From assembly GCA_944389275.1 (NCBI GenBank), contig CALXLT010000039.1, forward strand, positions 1,493-65,492: a stretch of DNA of 64,000 bases. The letters run 5' to 3'. Shown piece after piece: positions 20,067 through 30,064 of this stretch. Position numbers and translations under genes: made by a program. Origin of the DNA: an uncultured Spirochaetaceae bacterium. GTDB taxonomy: Bacteria; Spirochaetota; Spirochaetia; Sphaerochaetales; Sphaerochaetaceae. Each line of letters starts with the position of its first letter. The first letter of the stretch is position 1. The notes beneath the pieces are model-generated. The model was not told the DNA's origin, made no database searches, and worked only from the letters and a program-made list of their open reading frames with translations.

Positions 20067-20501
20067 TCAGATGCGGTACAGAACCTCAGGCTCACCTGCA
20101 CTCTCGGCCTCACCGTTCTCGCTTTCTAGGACCTCGACCGCCGGATTGGACTTCCCGGATGAGCGAGGGGAACGGAATTCCACATGCTCTGCCACGATCT
20201 CGATGCCTCTCCGGGCGCTGCCATCGGCTCCGATCCACTTGCAGAGCCTGAGTCTTCCCACGACTCTTGATGTCATTCCCTTTCTCATCCGCTCAATGGC
20301 CTTGTCCCCGAGTGTTCCCCAGCACTGGACGGGGACGAATACCGTCTCCACCTTCTTCTCGCCATTGCGCCCGACGTAATAGCGGTCAGATGCCAGATCG
20401 AACTTCACGAGCCTAGTTCCCGCTGGAGCCTCGACAAGCTCCACCTTCCTCGGGTCGTCGGTCAGGACGCCTTCGAGGAGCACGCTGTTTAGATGATTCA
20501 T
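20067..20501 (-). CDS. ssb: Single-stranded DNA-binding (OB-fold) protein, atypical C-terminus
   Basis: ORF 20067..20561. MNHLNSVLLEGVLTDDPRKVE...VPVQCWGTLGDKA...VVGRLR is SSB-like. AGGAGG lies 7 nt before ATG 20501. No canonical acidic D-D-D-I-P-F tip. Confidence 0.65.
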   Translation of the reverse strand: MNHLNSVLLEGVLTDDPRKVELVEAPAGTRLVKFDLASDRYYVGRNGEKKVETVFVPVQCWGTLGDKAIERMRKGMTSRVVGRLRLCKWIGADGSARRGIEIVAEHVEFRSPRSSGKSNPAVEVLESENGEAESAGEPEVLYRI

Positions 20502-20587
20502 ATACATCCTCCTATACCATATACGCCCTGAGTCCACATTTTGACCAATTGCTGGTATCATTTTCCTGAAAATAGAGGAGAAAACCT

Positions 20588-21280
20588 ATGAATCTCACGA
20601 TAATCTCGCTTGGAGGCTCCATAATCGCCCCTGACAAAGTCGATTACGCATTCCTCAGATCGTTCAGGGAAGCAGTCGTCGCCTACCTCGAAAGGAACAA
20701 GGACGCGAAGCTTGTGTTCGTAGCAGGAGGAGGAGCGCCTGCACGCGTGTATCAGGAGGCGCTGAGGAACATAAGGGATGACGCGCCGCAGGATATGCAG
20801 GACTGGCTCGGCATCAAGGCCACGCATATCAACGCGATGCTGATAAAAGCCGTGTTCGTGGAGTATACGGAAGATGAGGTCGTGACCGATCCGAGCGCGG
20901 AGAATATAGCATTCAGCGGCCGCATACTCACGGCAGGAGGATGGAAGCCAGGCTTCAGCACCGATACCGACGCTGTCTACCTCGCGAGGCGCTTCGGAGC
21001 AAGGATGATCATCAATCTCTCGAACATCAAGAAGGTCTACACCGATGATCCAAGGAAGAATCCTGACGCGAAGCCTATCGACAGCATATCGTGGCACGAT
21101 TTCCGCGCAATGGTCGGTGATGAGTGGACCCCTGGCAAGAACGCCCCGTTCGATCCGATAGCATCACGCCTCGCGGAAGAGAGCGGGCTTTCCGTCATAT
21201 GCGCGGATGGACGCAATATAGAGAACACGATCTCGATACTCGAAGGCAAGCCATTCGAGGGGACGATCATCGGCGCTTGA
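20588..21280 (+). CDS. Amino-acid-kinase family protein resembling archaeal-type UMP kinase
   Basis: MNLTIISLGGSII...LVFVAGGGAPAR...GGWKPGFSTDTDAVYLA...VYTDDPRKNPDAKP..., 230 aa, short archaeal PyrH-like layout. Confidence 0.65.
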   Translation: MNLTIISLGGSIIAPDKVDYAFLRSFREAVVAYLERNKDAKLVFVAGGGAPARVYQEALRNIRDDAPQDMQDWLGIKATHINAMLIKAVFVEYTEDEVVTDPSAENIAFSGRILTAGGWKPGFSTDTDAVYLARRFGARMIINLSNIKKVYTDDPRKNPDAKPIDSISWHDFRAMVGDEWTPGKNAPFDPIASRLAEESGLSVICADGRNIENTISILEGKPFEGTIIGA

Positions 21281-22196
21281 GGGACAGGAAATAAGGATCG
21301 GGATCCGCGAATGACGCGGGGAACGGGACATCACGGGTGAAATCCGGGATCCAGAGCACATCATCATCGCTCGGGTCCTGGATGAATCCATCGTCTATCC
21401 CCAGATCCTCCAATAGGTACACGAGGCTGTCGTACTCATCTTCCGAGAGCATCTTGAAGTCAAGGTTCCCAAGCGGCGGGACGAACTGCGTCATAAGGGA
21501 AAGGAAGAACGCGTCCTTATATCTTTCAGCGAATACACGCAGGAACGATACGGTCGCGCCAAGCTCCCCGGGGAACACGAGGTGGCGGAGTATCGTGCCC
21601 TTCATCGCGTCAAGATCGGTGGAAGGATGATGGCTCTTGATGAAATCAAGGCATGGGATCACCGCGTCCACATAGCGAGGCGTGCGGCAGAAGCGGCTTG
21701 CGGTTCCTTTGTCGAGCGTCTTGCAGTCAACAAGGTAGACATCTATATATGGATCAATGAGCTCAAGGCCATATACGCTCTCATAGCCTGAGCTGTTCCA
21801 GACGACAGGAAGGGAGAATCCCTTTCCCTTCGCCTCATCAAGCGCCGCGGCGATTGATGGTATGAAGTGGGTGCCCGTGACAAGGTTGAGCGTCGCGGCC
21901 CCCATATCCTGCAGCGAGAGCATGAGGCGTGCCATCTCATCTACCGTTATGTCTATGCCGTAGTTCTCCCCGTCCGATCCTGATATCTGGCGATTCTGGC
22001 AGAACTGGCAATGAAGCGGGCAGCCGGTGAAGAAGATCATCCCGGATCCCCGCTCCCCTGTGACAGGAGGCTCCTCGCCCCTATGAAGCCCGGACCAGGC
22101 TATGCGCACTCTATCCTTCTGGCGGCATACCCCCGTTTCATTTCTCCTATCGACATGGCAGAGATTCGGACATAGGATGCAATCTTCGTAGAACAT
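21267..22196 (-). CDS. Radical SAM protein, PflX-like (COG1313, PFL-activase homolog of unknown function)
   Basis: N-terminal CILCPNLCHVDR...GVC cluster plus GSGMIFFTGCPLHCQFCQNRQIS radical-SAM CxxxCxxC. Confidence 0.8.
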   Translation of the reverse strand: MFYEDCILCPNLCHVDRRNETGVCRQKDRVRIAWSGLHRGEEPPVTGERGSGMIFFTGCPLHCQFCQNRQISGSDGENYGIDITVDEMARLMLSLQDMGAATLNLVTGTHFIPSIAAALDEAKGKGFSLPVVWNSSGYESVYGLELIDPYIDVYLVDCKTLDKGTASRFCRTPRYVDAVIPCLDFIKSHHPSTDLDAMKGTILRHLVFPGELGATVSFLRVFAERYKDAFFLSLMTQFVPPLGNLDFKMLSEDEYDSLVYLLEDLGIDDGFIQDPSDDDVLWIPDFTRDVPFPASFADPDPYFLSLKRR

Positions 22197-22230
22197 GGCA
22201 ACAATATAGCAAAATGATTATCATTGGTGT

Positions 22231-23325
22231 ATGGGCATCCTAGATTTCCTGAAGCGCAGGAAGGAGATACGGTACATACTATCGATAGACGGAGGCGGGA
22301 TGCGCGGGATAATCCCCAGCGTGATCCTCTCAAAACTCTCCGCACTGCTCTCTGAATACGGTGACGAGAGGCCTCTTTATTCCCATTTTGATCTGATAGC
22401 GGGAACAAGCACAGGAGCCCTCATCGCGCTGGCACTGACGATGCCGAACGGCAAGACCGGGCTGGAGCGCGAGGACAAGGCTCCACTCTGGACGAGAGGC
22501 GGCTACATCATGCCTGGCTCTGACCCGAACGCGTTCATCGGCCTCTATAGGGACAGGGGCCCTGAGATCTTCCCGAAGACGCAGAACTTCAAGAGCCTTC
22601 TGTACCCAATACTCACGGACAAGTACGAGGCAAAGCCATATGAGCGCTTCCTATCATCAGCGTTCATGGATTCAGAGCTCTCGGACGCCCTCGTGCCGAC
22701 CGCGGCCATAGCCTATTCGACAACCGATGACAGCATCTACACCATGAGAAGCTGGGACAGCCACGGGATCCTTTCAAGGGAGGCGGCGCTCGCAAGCTCA
22801 GCAGCCCCGATGTACTTCCCTCCAGCGGAGATAAGGGAAAGGGACACGGGAATCTCCCGCACCTTGATAGATGGCGGCGTCGCGGCGAACAACCCCGCCC
22901 TCATCGCATACAGCGAGGCAAGGAAGCTCTATCCTGATGCCGCCGAGTACCGTATCCTGAGCCTCTCGACATGTGCGCCCCCATACCGCTTCAATCCATC
23001 AGAGGGAATCGGAGGCCTCACGGGATGGGCAAGCCCGATACTGAAGGTATACGGCAACGCATCGCTCAATACGGTTGATGAGGTGATGCCGGGCATCAAG
23101 GGCGTGAAATACGTAAGGATATGGGCACCGGTTCTCGAGCATAGGATCAAGCTGGATGCGACGACATCGACCTCGATAGCCACGCTTCTCGACGCCGCTG
23201 AGAGGACATACAAGGCAAAGGAGGAAGAGCTGAGATCCTTCGCCTATGATATCTCAAAGGAGAAGACCCATAGCTCCGTCAGGCTTTCCCAGAATATAGA
23301 TAACAATCTTTTAGAGCCGAGATAG
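22231..23325 (+). CDS. Patatin-like phospholipase (stand-alone)
   Basis: ILSIDGGGMRGIIP (oxyanion), GTSTGALIA (GxSxG), LIDGGVAANNPA (catalytic Asp). Confidence 0.85.
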   Translation: MGILDFLKRRKEIRYILSIDGGGMRGIIPSVILSKLSALLSEYGDERPLYSHFDLIAGTSTGALIALALTMPNGKTGLEREDKAPLWTRGGYIMPGSDPNAFIGLYRDRGPEIFPKTQNFKSLLYPILTDKYEAKPYERFLSSAFMDSELSDALVPTAAIAYSTTDDSIYTMRSWDSHGILSREAALASSAAPMYFPPAEIRERDTGISRTLIDGGVAANNPALIAYSEARKLYPDAAEYRILSLSTCAPPYRFNPSEGIGGLTGWASPILKVYGNASLNTVDEVMPGIKGVKYVRIWAPVLEHRIKLDATTSTSIATLLDAAERTYKAKEEELRSFAYDISKEKTHSSVRLSQNIDNNLLEPR

Positions 23326-23329
23326 GAAT

Positions 23330-23887
23330 CTATATCGAGCTTATTATTTCATCAACCTTTTGAGCAAGGGATCCGACAAGGCGCTTCCGAAGCGCGAGGT
23401 ATTCCCTCATCTCAGGCTTTTCCCCGACTATATCCGTGATGGCCTTCACGGCAAGGCAGGGAAAGCCAGATAGGAATGCCGCGGCGGCAACCCCATACGC
23501 CTCCATATCAGCAGCGTCTGCATGATCACCCCTCACTGCCGCGAATGATGAGGAAGAGGAAAGGACAAGGGATGAATTGGGATCGAGGGAGAAAGAGGAG
23601 ACGCGGCGATGATTTGCAAGCAGTGTCTCCCCTCTCTTCAGGCCATATGCCGTGAGGTCCGCGTCAAGGGATATCACAGAACCGAACGAGACTATGTCAC
23701 CGACAGCAAGAGATCCCATGGAACCTGCGCTGCCCGTGCTCACGATGATGTCAGGATGATGGACTGCAGCAGCAGCTGCGACGGCAGCGGCCGCAAGCAC
23801 GGGGCCAACACCCGTGACGACCTTTATATAGCCATCTCCGAATGATGCAAGCTCAGCCTTATCAGAAGCCGCAACAAGGATCCTCAA
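23330..23887 (-). CDS. PNP_UDP_1-family nucleosidase-like protein (MTA/SAH nucleosidase / futalosine hydrolase-like, short)
   Basis: VTGVGPV...STGSAGS...DMEAYGVA...KAITDIV pattern. Only 185 aa. Confidence 0.6.
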   Translation of the reverse strand: MRILVAASDKAELASFGDGYIKVVTGVGPVLAAAAVAAAAAVHHPDIIVSTGSAGSMGSLAVGDIVSFGSVISLDADLTAYGLKRGETLLANHRRVSSFSLDPNSSLVLSSSSSFAAVRGDHADAADMEAYGVAAAAFLSGFPCLAVKAITDIVGEKPEMREYLALRKRLVGSLAQKVDEIISSI

Positions 23888-24702
23888 AGCGCCCTTCTCC
23901 TTATCTCATCCATCACGGGCTTCAGCTCTATCCCCAGGCGGCGCTCGCGGCCATGCTCCTTTGAATAGGCTATCGCGTACGTGGCGATTCCCGTAGCGTG
24001 CGAGACAGAGCCGAAGAAGCTCTCACCTCTTACAAGAAGCGCGAAGAGAACAGACGCGAAGAGATCGCCGGAACCGGGGTATGACACGCCAAGGTCATCA
24101 TACTGGAACATCCGGATTTCCTTGCCCTTCCATGCGATATTCCCAAGCCCCCCTGCGATGAGAGGAACGGAGGTGATGACGCCCATCTCCGGCCCCATGG
24201 CGCGGAGAACGGACACCAGGTCATGTATCTCCTGCTGCCCCACCTTGCGCATCCCGTCCTCCAGGCCCGAGAGGATCATCGCCTCGGTGAAGTTCGGCGT
24301 TATGACATCGGCCTTTCTGACAAGCTTCGCCATCCTCTCGGCGTGCTGCCGCGTTATCGTCTGGTAAAGCTCGCCGCCGTCCCCCATGACAGGGTCGACA
24401 AGCTTCAGGCCGCTCTCGGATGAGAGGATCGAGGATATGGTATCGATCTCGCTCTCGGAGGAGAGATAGCCGGAATAGACCCCGTCGAAGCTTATGCCAA
24501 GCGCCTTGAGCCTGCTATAGATCAGCAGCATCTCCCTCTCCCTGTCCTCGCTGTAGATATCATCAAAGCCATCTGTCTGCGTGGAAAGAATCGCCGTGGG
24601 GATTACAGCAGTCTCTACACCAAGAGCCTCCATGACCGGCAAGACGACGGTGATGGAGGACTTGGAATAGCAGGAGAGATCGTGCAGCGCCAGGACAGCC
24701 AT
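23884..24702 (-). CDS. pdxK: Pyridoxal/pyridoxamine kinase
   Basis: Ribokinase-fold PdxK pattern: VLPVMEALG..., LVDPVMGDGGELY, ITPNFTEA, GSGDLFASVL. Confidence 0.8.
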   Translation of the reverse strand: MAVLALHDLSCYSKSSITVVLPVMEALGVETAVIPTAILSTQTDGFDDIYSEDREREMLLIYSRLKALGISFDGVYSGYLSSESEIDTISSILSSESGLKLVDPVMGDGGELYQTITRQHAERMAKLVRKADVITPNFTEAMILSGLEDGMRKVGQQEIHDLVSVLRAMGPEMGVITSVPLIAGGLGNIAWKGKEIRMFQYDDLGVSYPGSGDLFASVLFALLVRGESFFGSVSHATGIATYAIAYSKEHGRERRLGIELKPVMDEIRRRAL

Positions 24703-25994
24703 CAGATGGCAAGTCCCGCGATCGCGGCGCCGAGCGTCGGCGAGTTGTCGATATTCACGATCCTGCAGTAGCGGCCATGCTTCTTCTCGAGGATCTGGTC
24801 AAGGTACAGCCTCGTGTAGAACTCGAGGAACTCAGTCTTGTAGAATGTCGTGCCATCCGCGTTGATGACGACAGGATAGCGCGGTTCCGTGCCATTGCCG
24901 GACTTGAGGACAGCCGCCGTGAGATTGATCGCGGTAAGCTTCCCGGCCCTCTCGATTATGCTCTTGAGGATCTTATAGAGAGCAGTCGCGTCCTCCTCGT
25001 TGTCCCCAACGCACTTCACGAGGTCATACTCCGCGTTGTGGCACATCTCAAGGTAATGGCTCATGCGCGTCGTGTTGAGAGGCTCTATCGCATGGTATCT
25101 CTCAGCAAAGGAAGCGGAAAGAATGCCTTCCCCTATGGCCTTCTCGATGACGAACGCGGAGAACGGGCCGAGGTACGCGCCCGAGATCTTCTTCTCGAAC
25201 CAGTATTTCCCGGGATCCTTCGTGGTGTTTATGAAGCCCTCGTCAATGTCTCCAAGAGGAAGGGCAAGGCAGCCGGACTCGACATTTATGATCTCCCTCT
25301 GGTCTCCCTTTCGCCCAACCTTCACGATATTCGACACAGTCTCCGCGTAGGCCGTGTTCGTTCCGGTGCCGAGGATGAAGCCTACATAGGACGAGGCGTC
25401 ATCAGGACACTCCGCGATAGCCGCCAGAAGCGTCGCTACGGTATCATTGACGACAGCGACCTTCTTCCTGGACACGTCATAGCCTCTTTCTGCCAGCACG
25501 CGGAGAAGGTTCTCTCCAAGCTTCTGACCGATGACGCCAGGGGCCTTTATCTCCTTTGAGAAGACGATCGGGATGCCATCATGGTCCGCGGTTATCTCAG
25601 CGGCATAGGAGAAGCAGAAACCGATCCTGTCGCTCTTGTCTATCAGGCGCTCGACATTGTCAGCGAGGATAGAGAAGAACTGATCCTTCGAGACCTCCTC
25701 CTTCACTCCTGGCATCCCGACCTTCCTGAAGTCCGAGATGACAGGCTTCCTGTCCTCATCGAATGTCACGAGGCATGTCCTGAAGTTGGTCCCGCCGGCA
25801 TCGAGCACGATCACGCTCTCGCCAGGCTTTATCGACACGTCGGTGCCGACAAACGCGTCTATCATCGCGAGGGAACTATCCTCTCCCTTCAGTCCCTTAT
25901 CCATCTCAGCGAGGATGAATGAGAGAACGCTCTCATCATCTATGCAGGAAGCGAGAAGCGAATGCCGTTCAAGGAAGCTATCAACCTTATCCAT
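24702..25994 (-). CDS. Hexokinase-family sugar kinase
   Basis: ORF 24702..26054. VLDAGGTNFR hexokinase phosphate-1 motif, GFILGTGTNTAY. GGAGGT SD before ATG 25994. Confidence 0.8.
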   Translation of the reverse strand: MDKVDSFLERHSLLASCIDDESVLSFILAEMDKGLKGEDSSLAMIDAFVGTDVSIKPGESVIVLDAGGTNFRTCLVTFDEDRKPVISDFRKVGMPGVKEEVSKDQFFSILADNVERLIDKSDRIGFCFSYAAEITADHDGIPIVFSKEIKAPGVIGQKLGENLLRVLAERGYDVSRKKVAVVNDTVATLLAAIAECPDDASSYVGFILGTGTNTAYAETVSNIVKVGRKGDQREIINVESGCLALPLGDIDEGFINTTKDPGKYWFEKKISGAYLGPFSAFVIEKAIGEGILSASFAERYHAIEPLNTTRMSHYLEMCHNAEYDLVKCVGDNEEDATALYKILKSIIERAGKLTAINLTAAVLKSGNGTEPRYPVVINADGTTFYKTEFLEFYTRLYLDQILEKKHGRYCRIVNIDNSPTLGAAIAGLAI

Positions 25995-26583
25995 CAGTAC
26001 CTCCAAATGCGGGAAGGGGGAACGACACGTCGGAGATCGTGTACGGATCCCCATCTATCGATATCCCTTCGGATGTTATGGTGGCGATTCCATCGGACAG
26101 CGAGCCTGAGAAGCTTCCTTCTATCACGACCCCATCCCCGACAGCCGCGCCGGTGACCAAAAGCGAGAACTCAACAAGGAGGGTGCCATCGCCGGGGATG
26201 AACCTGACGCCCCCGTCCAGGATGATATCCCCCTCCGTGATCTCCTCAAAGAAGAAAGGCTCCTCATCGGCAAGCAGGGCGGCCATCTCAGACCATATCG
26301 AGTCAAGGAAGGCCGAGCGTTCGGTATCCGCGAAGAAACGGAGCGATGAACGGTATGTCGAGACATCCGAGCGCACGAACGACACGTTCCCGATAGCCGG
26401 GCTTTCGGACGAGAAGGTCACGCCCTGAAGCGAGACCCTCGGCTCAGAGGCCTGGGAGACCAGTGCAGATACCACCCCGCTGCACGCTCCCTCGACGGCA
26501 TATGCCACACCACTGTCAAATGCATATAGGAAAGAGCAACAGATGACCACGGACATAACCAAGACCAAGGCTTTCCTTATCAT
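25987..26583 (-). CDS. Secreted hypothetical protein
   Basis: N-terminal signal peptide MIRKALVLVMSVVICCSFLYA. 8-nt overlap (ATGGATAA) with hexokinase indicates co-translation. No family recognised. Confidence 0.6.
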   Translation of the reverse strand: MIRKALVLVMSVVICCSFLYAFDSGVAYAVEGACSGVVSALVSQASEPRVSLQGVTFSSESPAIGNVSFVRSDVSTYRSSLRFFADTERSAFLDSIWSEMAALLADEEPFFFEEITEGDIILDGGVRFIPGDGTLLVEFSLLVTGAAVGDGVVIEGSFSGSLSDGIATITSEGISIDGDPYTISDVSFPLPAFGGTDG

Positions 26584-26649
26584 CTGAATCCTCCACCTTT
26601 GAGATTCTACCAGCCTAAGGTTGCGGTATCAACAGTAATTTCCCCAAAC

Positions 26650-27927
26650 TCACCCTTTCATGTACCTGGACACCTCTTCCTGCGCGGCCTTGTCGTCAAC
26701 CTTGGCAAGAAGCACTCCGCCGATGATGAAGAGAAGTATGAGGGAGAGTATGCCATAGCGCTGCTCGCCTGTTATCAAGGACACGACTCCTATGAGAAGC
26801 GGGCCTATGATTGCGGCGAACTTGCCGAGCATATTGAAGAAGCCATAGAACTCAGAGGAATGCTCCTTCGGTATGAGCCTTGAGTAATATGACCGCGAGA
26901 GAGCCTGTATGCCTCCCTGGAAAAGCCCTATGCAGCAGGCGAGGAGGTAGAAATGGATCTCCTTTGTCATGAAGAAGCCGAAGACGGCTATCACGATATA
27001 AGCGGAGACATCGACCAGAAGCGATCTCTTCACGCCGATCTTATGGCCAAGGATGTTATAGAGTATCGCGGACGGAAACGCCACGAACTGCGTGATCAGA
27101 AGCGCTACTATAAGGCTCTCGGAAGAGAATCCGATGGCCGTGCCGTAATCCGTCGCCATCCTTATTATCGTGTCAACGCCGTCTATATAGCACCAGTACG
27201 CGATAAGGAAGAGGCCTGTGTTCCTCAGCGTCCTCAGGGCCTTGAGCGTGCGCCTTATCTCCGAGAATCCCGCGCTCACAGCCGCTTTTATCGAAAGCCT
27301 CTCGCCCTTCGGCTCCTTGACGAAGAGGATAAGGGGAATCGAGAAGACAGCCCACCAGATGCCGACCATCGCGTACGACACCTTCACGGCCTGTACGCCA
27401 TCGGCAAGGGCGAAGCGCTCCGGCATTATGTACATGAGAACGTTCAGGAGGAACAGCAGCCCGCCCCCGATATACCCAAGGCTGTAGCCAAGGGATGAGA
27501 CGAAATCGACCTTCTTCTCGGAGGCGACCGATGGCAGAAGCGAGTCATACATCGTGTTGGCGCCGGCGAAGCCCACGTTCGCTATGATGTACAGCAGCAT
27601 CGCGTATGGCCAGAGCCCCATCCCTATGAACGAGAGGCAGCATGTCATCATGGCGCCGAGGAAGGCGAAGAAGATAAGAAGCTTCTTCCTGTAGCTTCCC
27701 CTATCCGCGATCGCGCCAAGGACCGGAGAGAGGATAGCAACCAGGAGGCTCTCAATCGAGTTGCCGAGCCCGAGGAAGAACGTGCTCTCCGCGCTTGATC
27801 CCGCAGACCAGTACTGTGAGAAGAATATCGGGAAGAACGCCGCCATGACGGTAGTGGCGAATGCGCTGTTCGCCCAATCGTACAGCGCCCAAGATACTAT
27901 TTCCTTCTTTGAATCCTGCATATCCAT
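26650..27927 (-). CDS. MFS transporter, UMF1 (Atg22-like) family
   Basis: ORF 26650..27957. KKEIVSWALYDWANSAFATTVMAAFFPIFF is the UMF1 signature. 12 TM. Start is ambiguous (27957/27927/27921). Confidence 0.8.
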   Translation of the reverse strand: MDMQDSKKEIVSWALYDWANSAFATTVMAAFFPIFFSQYWSAGSSAESTFFLGLGNSIESLLVAILSPVLGAIADRGSYRKKLLIFFAFLGAMMTCCLSFIGMGLWPYAMLLYIIANVGFAGANTMYDSLLPSVASEKKVDFVSSLGYSLGYIGGGLLFLLNVLMYIMPERFALADGVQAVKVSYAMVGIWWAVFSIPLILFVKEPKGERLSIKAAVSAGFSEIRRTLKALRTLRNTGLFLIAYWCYIDGVDTIIRMATDYGTAIGFSSESLIVALLITQFVAFPSAILYNILGHKIGVKRSLLVDVSAYIVIAVFGFFMTKEIHFYLLACCIGLFQGGIQALSRSYYSRLIPKEHSSEFYGFFNMLGKFAAIIGPLLIGVVSLITGEQRYGILSLILLFIIGGVLLAKVDDKAAQEEVSRYMKG

Positions 27928-28083
27928 AAATAGGCTGCATGCAAAAGAGGCAGCCATGCTCCAGAATGAGTTTCAGGAATATGCCGCGCGTTGTCAATCA
28001 ATCAGGGGTAAACGGCTTATTTTTCCCACACCTGTCCCAACCCTTTCTTTTCCTTCCTGTTTCAGGTATACTCCATAAATGCT

Positions 28084-29373
28084 ATGAAAAGAAACAAGCG
28101 TCCCATGCCGGGACTGAAGCTTGCGGGAGGCTTTCTAGCTATCATACTGATCGGGACATTCCTCCTCTCCCTGCCGATCTCGCACAAGGAAGGGGTTGAT
28201 GTCAGCGTTCTTGACGCAGCATTCGTATCAACGTCAGCTGTTTGCGTCACAGGACTTACCCCTATAGACATCCAGACATCGCTCTCGCTATTCGGGTCAA
28301 CGGTCCTTATGCTTCTGATACAGGCGGGAGGGCTTGGATACGCTGTCCTCGCGGTCATATTCATAAGGCTTTCCGCGAGGGGGCTGGAGCTTTCTGACAG
28401 ATCGCTCCTTCGCGACTCGTTGGGAGCCGATCCAAGGATCGGGACGAAGAAGCTCTTCAATACCGCTCTTGGCGTGACATTCACTGCGGAGGGAATTGGA
28501 GCGATCCTCCTCTTCTCCGCGTTCGTCCGCGAGTATCCCGTGCCGCGCGCGATCTATCTCGGCATATTCCACTCGGTATCCGCGTTCAACAACGCGGGAT
28601 TCGATCTCTTCACGACAAGCCTTATAGGCTGGAACGACAGCTATCTAGTGCTTGTGACGATAGCCCTTCTGATCATCTCAGGGGGCCTTGGCTTCATTTT
28701 CTACCAGGATGTGCTATCGAACCTGGGAAGAAAGAGGCTCTCGCTGCACGTCAAGGTCGTGGCGTCAATGACGCTCTTCCTCATAGTTGCGGGAACGCTT
28801 CTCTTCGCGCTCCTGATGCCTGGGCTTGATCTGAAGAACGCGTTCTTCCAGTCCGTGACGACAAGGACAGCGGGCTTCTTCTCGTTTGACCAGTTCGAGC
28901 TGCCGTCATCCGCGGTCCTTCTATCGATCTTCCTTATGTTCGTGGGAGCATCCCCGGGATCGACGGGAGGCGGCGTGAAGACCACATCGGCGTTCGCGGC
29001 CATATTCGGCTCATTCTCCCTCCTTCTGGGCAGAAAGCCGCAGGCGTTCAAGCGTACGATAGACAGCGAGAGCGTGAATAAGGCGTTCTTCCTTATCATA
29101 ATCTCGGTGCTCTTCATATCAGCGACATTCTTCCTGCTGACGGTGACGGAGCCAGGCGCGGATCCGCTTAACCTGCTTTTCGAGACGGTATCTGCATACG
29201 CAACGGTAGGACTCACGATAGGCGTTACCCCGACGCTCTCAATCCCTGGCAAGCTGCTAATCATGCTCGCCATGTTCTGCGGAAGGGTCGGACTCATGAC
29301 GATAATCACGGCATTCGCGCGCAGGGGGCGTGGCGAGGCAAGCTATATAGAGGAAAAGGTGGCAATAGGATGA
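28084..29373 (+). CDS. trkH: TrkH/KtrB-family potassium uptake membrane subunit
   Basis: Repeated pore-loop motifs (VCVTGLT, FNNAGFD, TRTAGF, SPGSTGGGVKT). Confidence 0.85.
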   Translation: MKRNKRPMPGLKLAGGFLAIILIGTFLLSLPISHKEGVDVSVLDAAFVSTSAVCVTGLTPIDIQTSLSLFGSTVLMLLIQAGGLGYAVLAVIFIRLSARGLELSDRSLLRDSLGADPRIGTKKLFNTALGVTFTAEGIGAILLFSAFVREYPVPRAIYLGIFHSVSAFNNAGFDLFTTSLIGWNDSYLVLVTIALLIISGGLGFIFYQDVLSNLGRKRLSLHVKVVASMTLFLIVAGTLLFALLMPGLDLKNAFFQSVTTRTAGFFSFDQFELPSSAVLLSIFLMFVGASPGSTGGGVKTTSAFAAIFGSFSLLLGRKPQAFKRTIDSESVNKAFFLIIISVLFISATFFLLTVTEPGADPLNLLFETVSAYATVGLTIGVTPTLSIPGKLLIMLAMFCGRVGLMTIITAFARRGRGEASYIEEKVAIG

Positions 29374-30041
29374 GACGTAAAAGAGATAATGAGGTTGTAG
29401 GAATCATCGGTACAGGACGCTTTGGCATGGCGGTGGCAGAGGAGCTTCTTCGCCGTGGCCGCAGCGTCATCGCGATAGACAAGGATCCTGTGAGGCTTCG
29501 TAAGCTCAGCGACACCTCCGCGGAGATCTTCGTCGTGAACGACATGACCCAGGAGTCGCTGATGGAGACAGGCATCCAGGAAGCGGACACGGTCATCATC
29601 GGCATCGGAAAGGATATCGAGAACTCGATACTCGCCGCCCTCAACGTGCAGGAGCTTGGCGTGAAGCGCGTTATCTGCAAGGTAATCACCGATGACCACG
29701 CGAAGATCCTCAAGAAGCTCGGCATGGAGGTCATCTTCCCCGAGATCGAAATCGGAACCCGCACGGCCATCAGGCTTTCAGAGGGACTTGCGGAGGATAT
29801 CCTCCCGCTCTCTGACGAGTTCTCCATCCTCCAGCTTGAGGTACCGGAGGCATTTGCCGGCAAGACCGTAGGAGAGCTGAAGATAAGGGAGAAGTACGGG
29901 GTCTCGCTCATCGCGGTCATCACGAATGGCAAGGCAAACGGAAGCGTTGGGCCAGCGACAGTGCTCAGCTCCGGCAGCATGATGGTGCTCTCAGGCAGCA
30001 ACAGCTCGCTTGAAAGCTTCCATGAGTCATTTGCTGATTAG
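29370..30041 (+). CDS. trkA: TrkA/KtrA potassium uptake regulatory subunit (RCK N+C)
   Basis: VVGIIGTGRFGMAVAEEL Rossmann motif. C-terminal TrkA-C (LEVPEAFAGKTVGELKIREKYGVSLIAV). 4-nt overlap with trkH. Confidence 0.85.
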   Translation: MRRKRDNEVVGIIGTGRFGMAVAEELLRRGRSVIAIDKDPVRLRKLSDTSAEIFVVNDMTQESLMETGIQEADTVIIGIGKDIENSILAALNVQELGVKRVICKVITDDHAKILKKLGMEVIFPEIEIGTRTAIRLSEGLAEDILPLSDEFSILQLEVPEAFAGKTVGELKIREKYGVSLIAVITNGKANGSVGPATVLSSGSMMVLSGSNSSLESFHESFAD

Positions 30042-30064
30042 GAAAACAGAGGTATATTCAGTAT

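Noticed and set aside
22231-23325. Stand-alone patatin as a CBASS (CapV-like) effector
   Set aside because: No CD-NTase/cyclase, no cyclic-nucleotide sensor domain and no ancillary CBASS genes are adjacent.
29306-30001. 231-aa minus-strand ORF opposite trkA
   Set aside because: It is the antisense shadow of a gene with clear RCK/Rossmann motifs. The sequence is Ser/Pro-rich and low in complexity.
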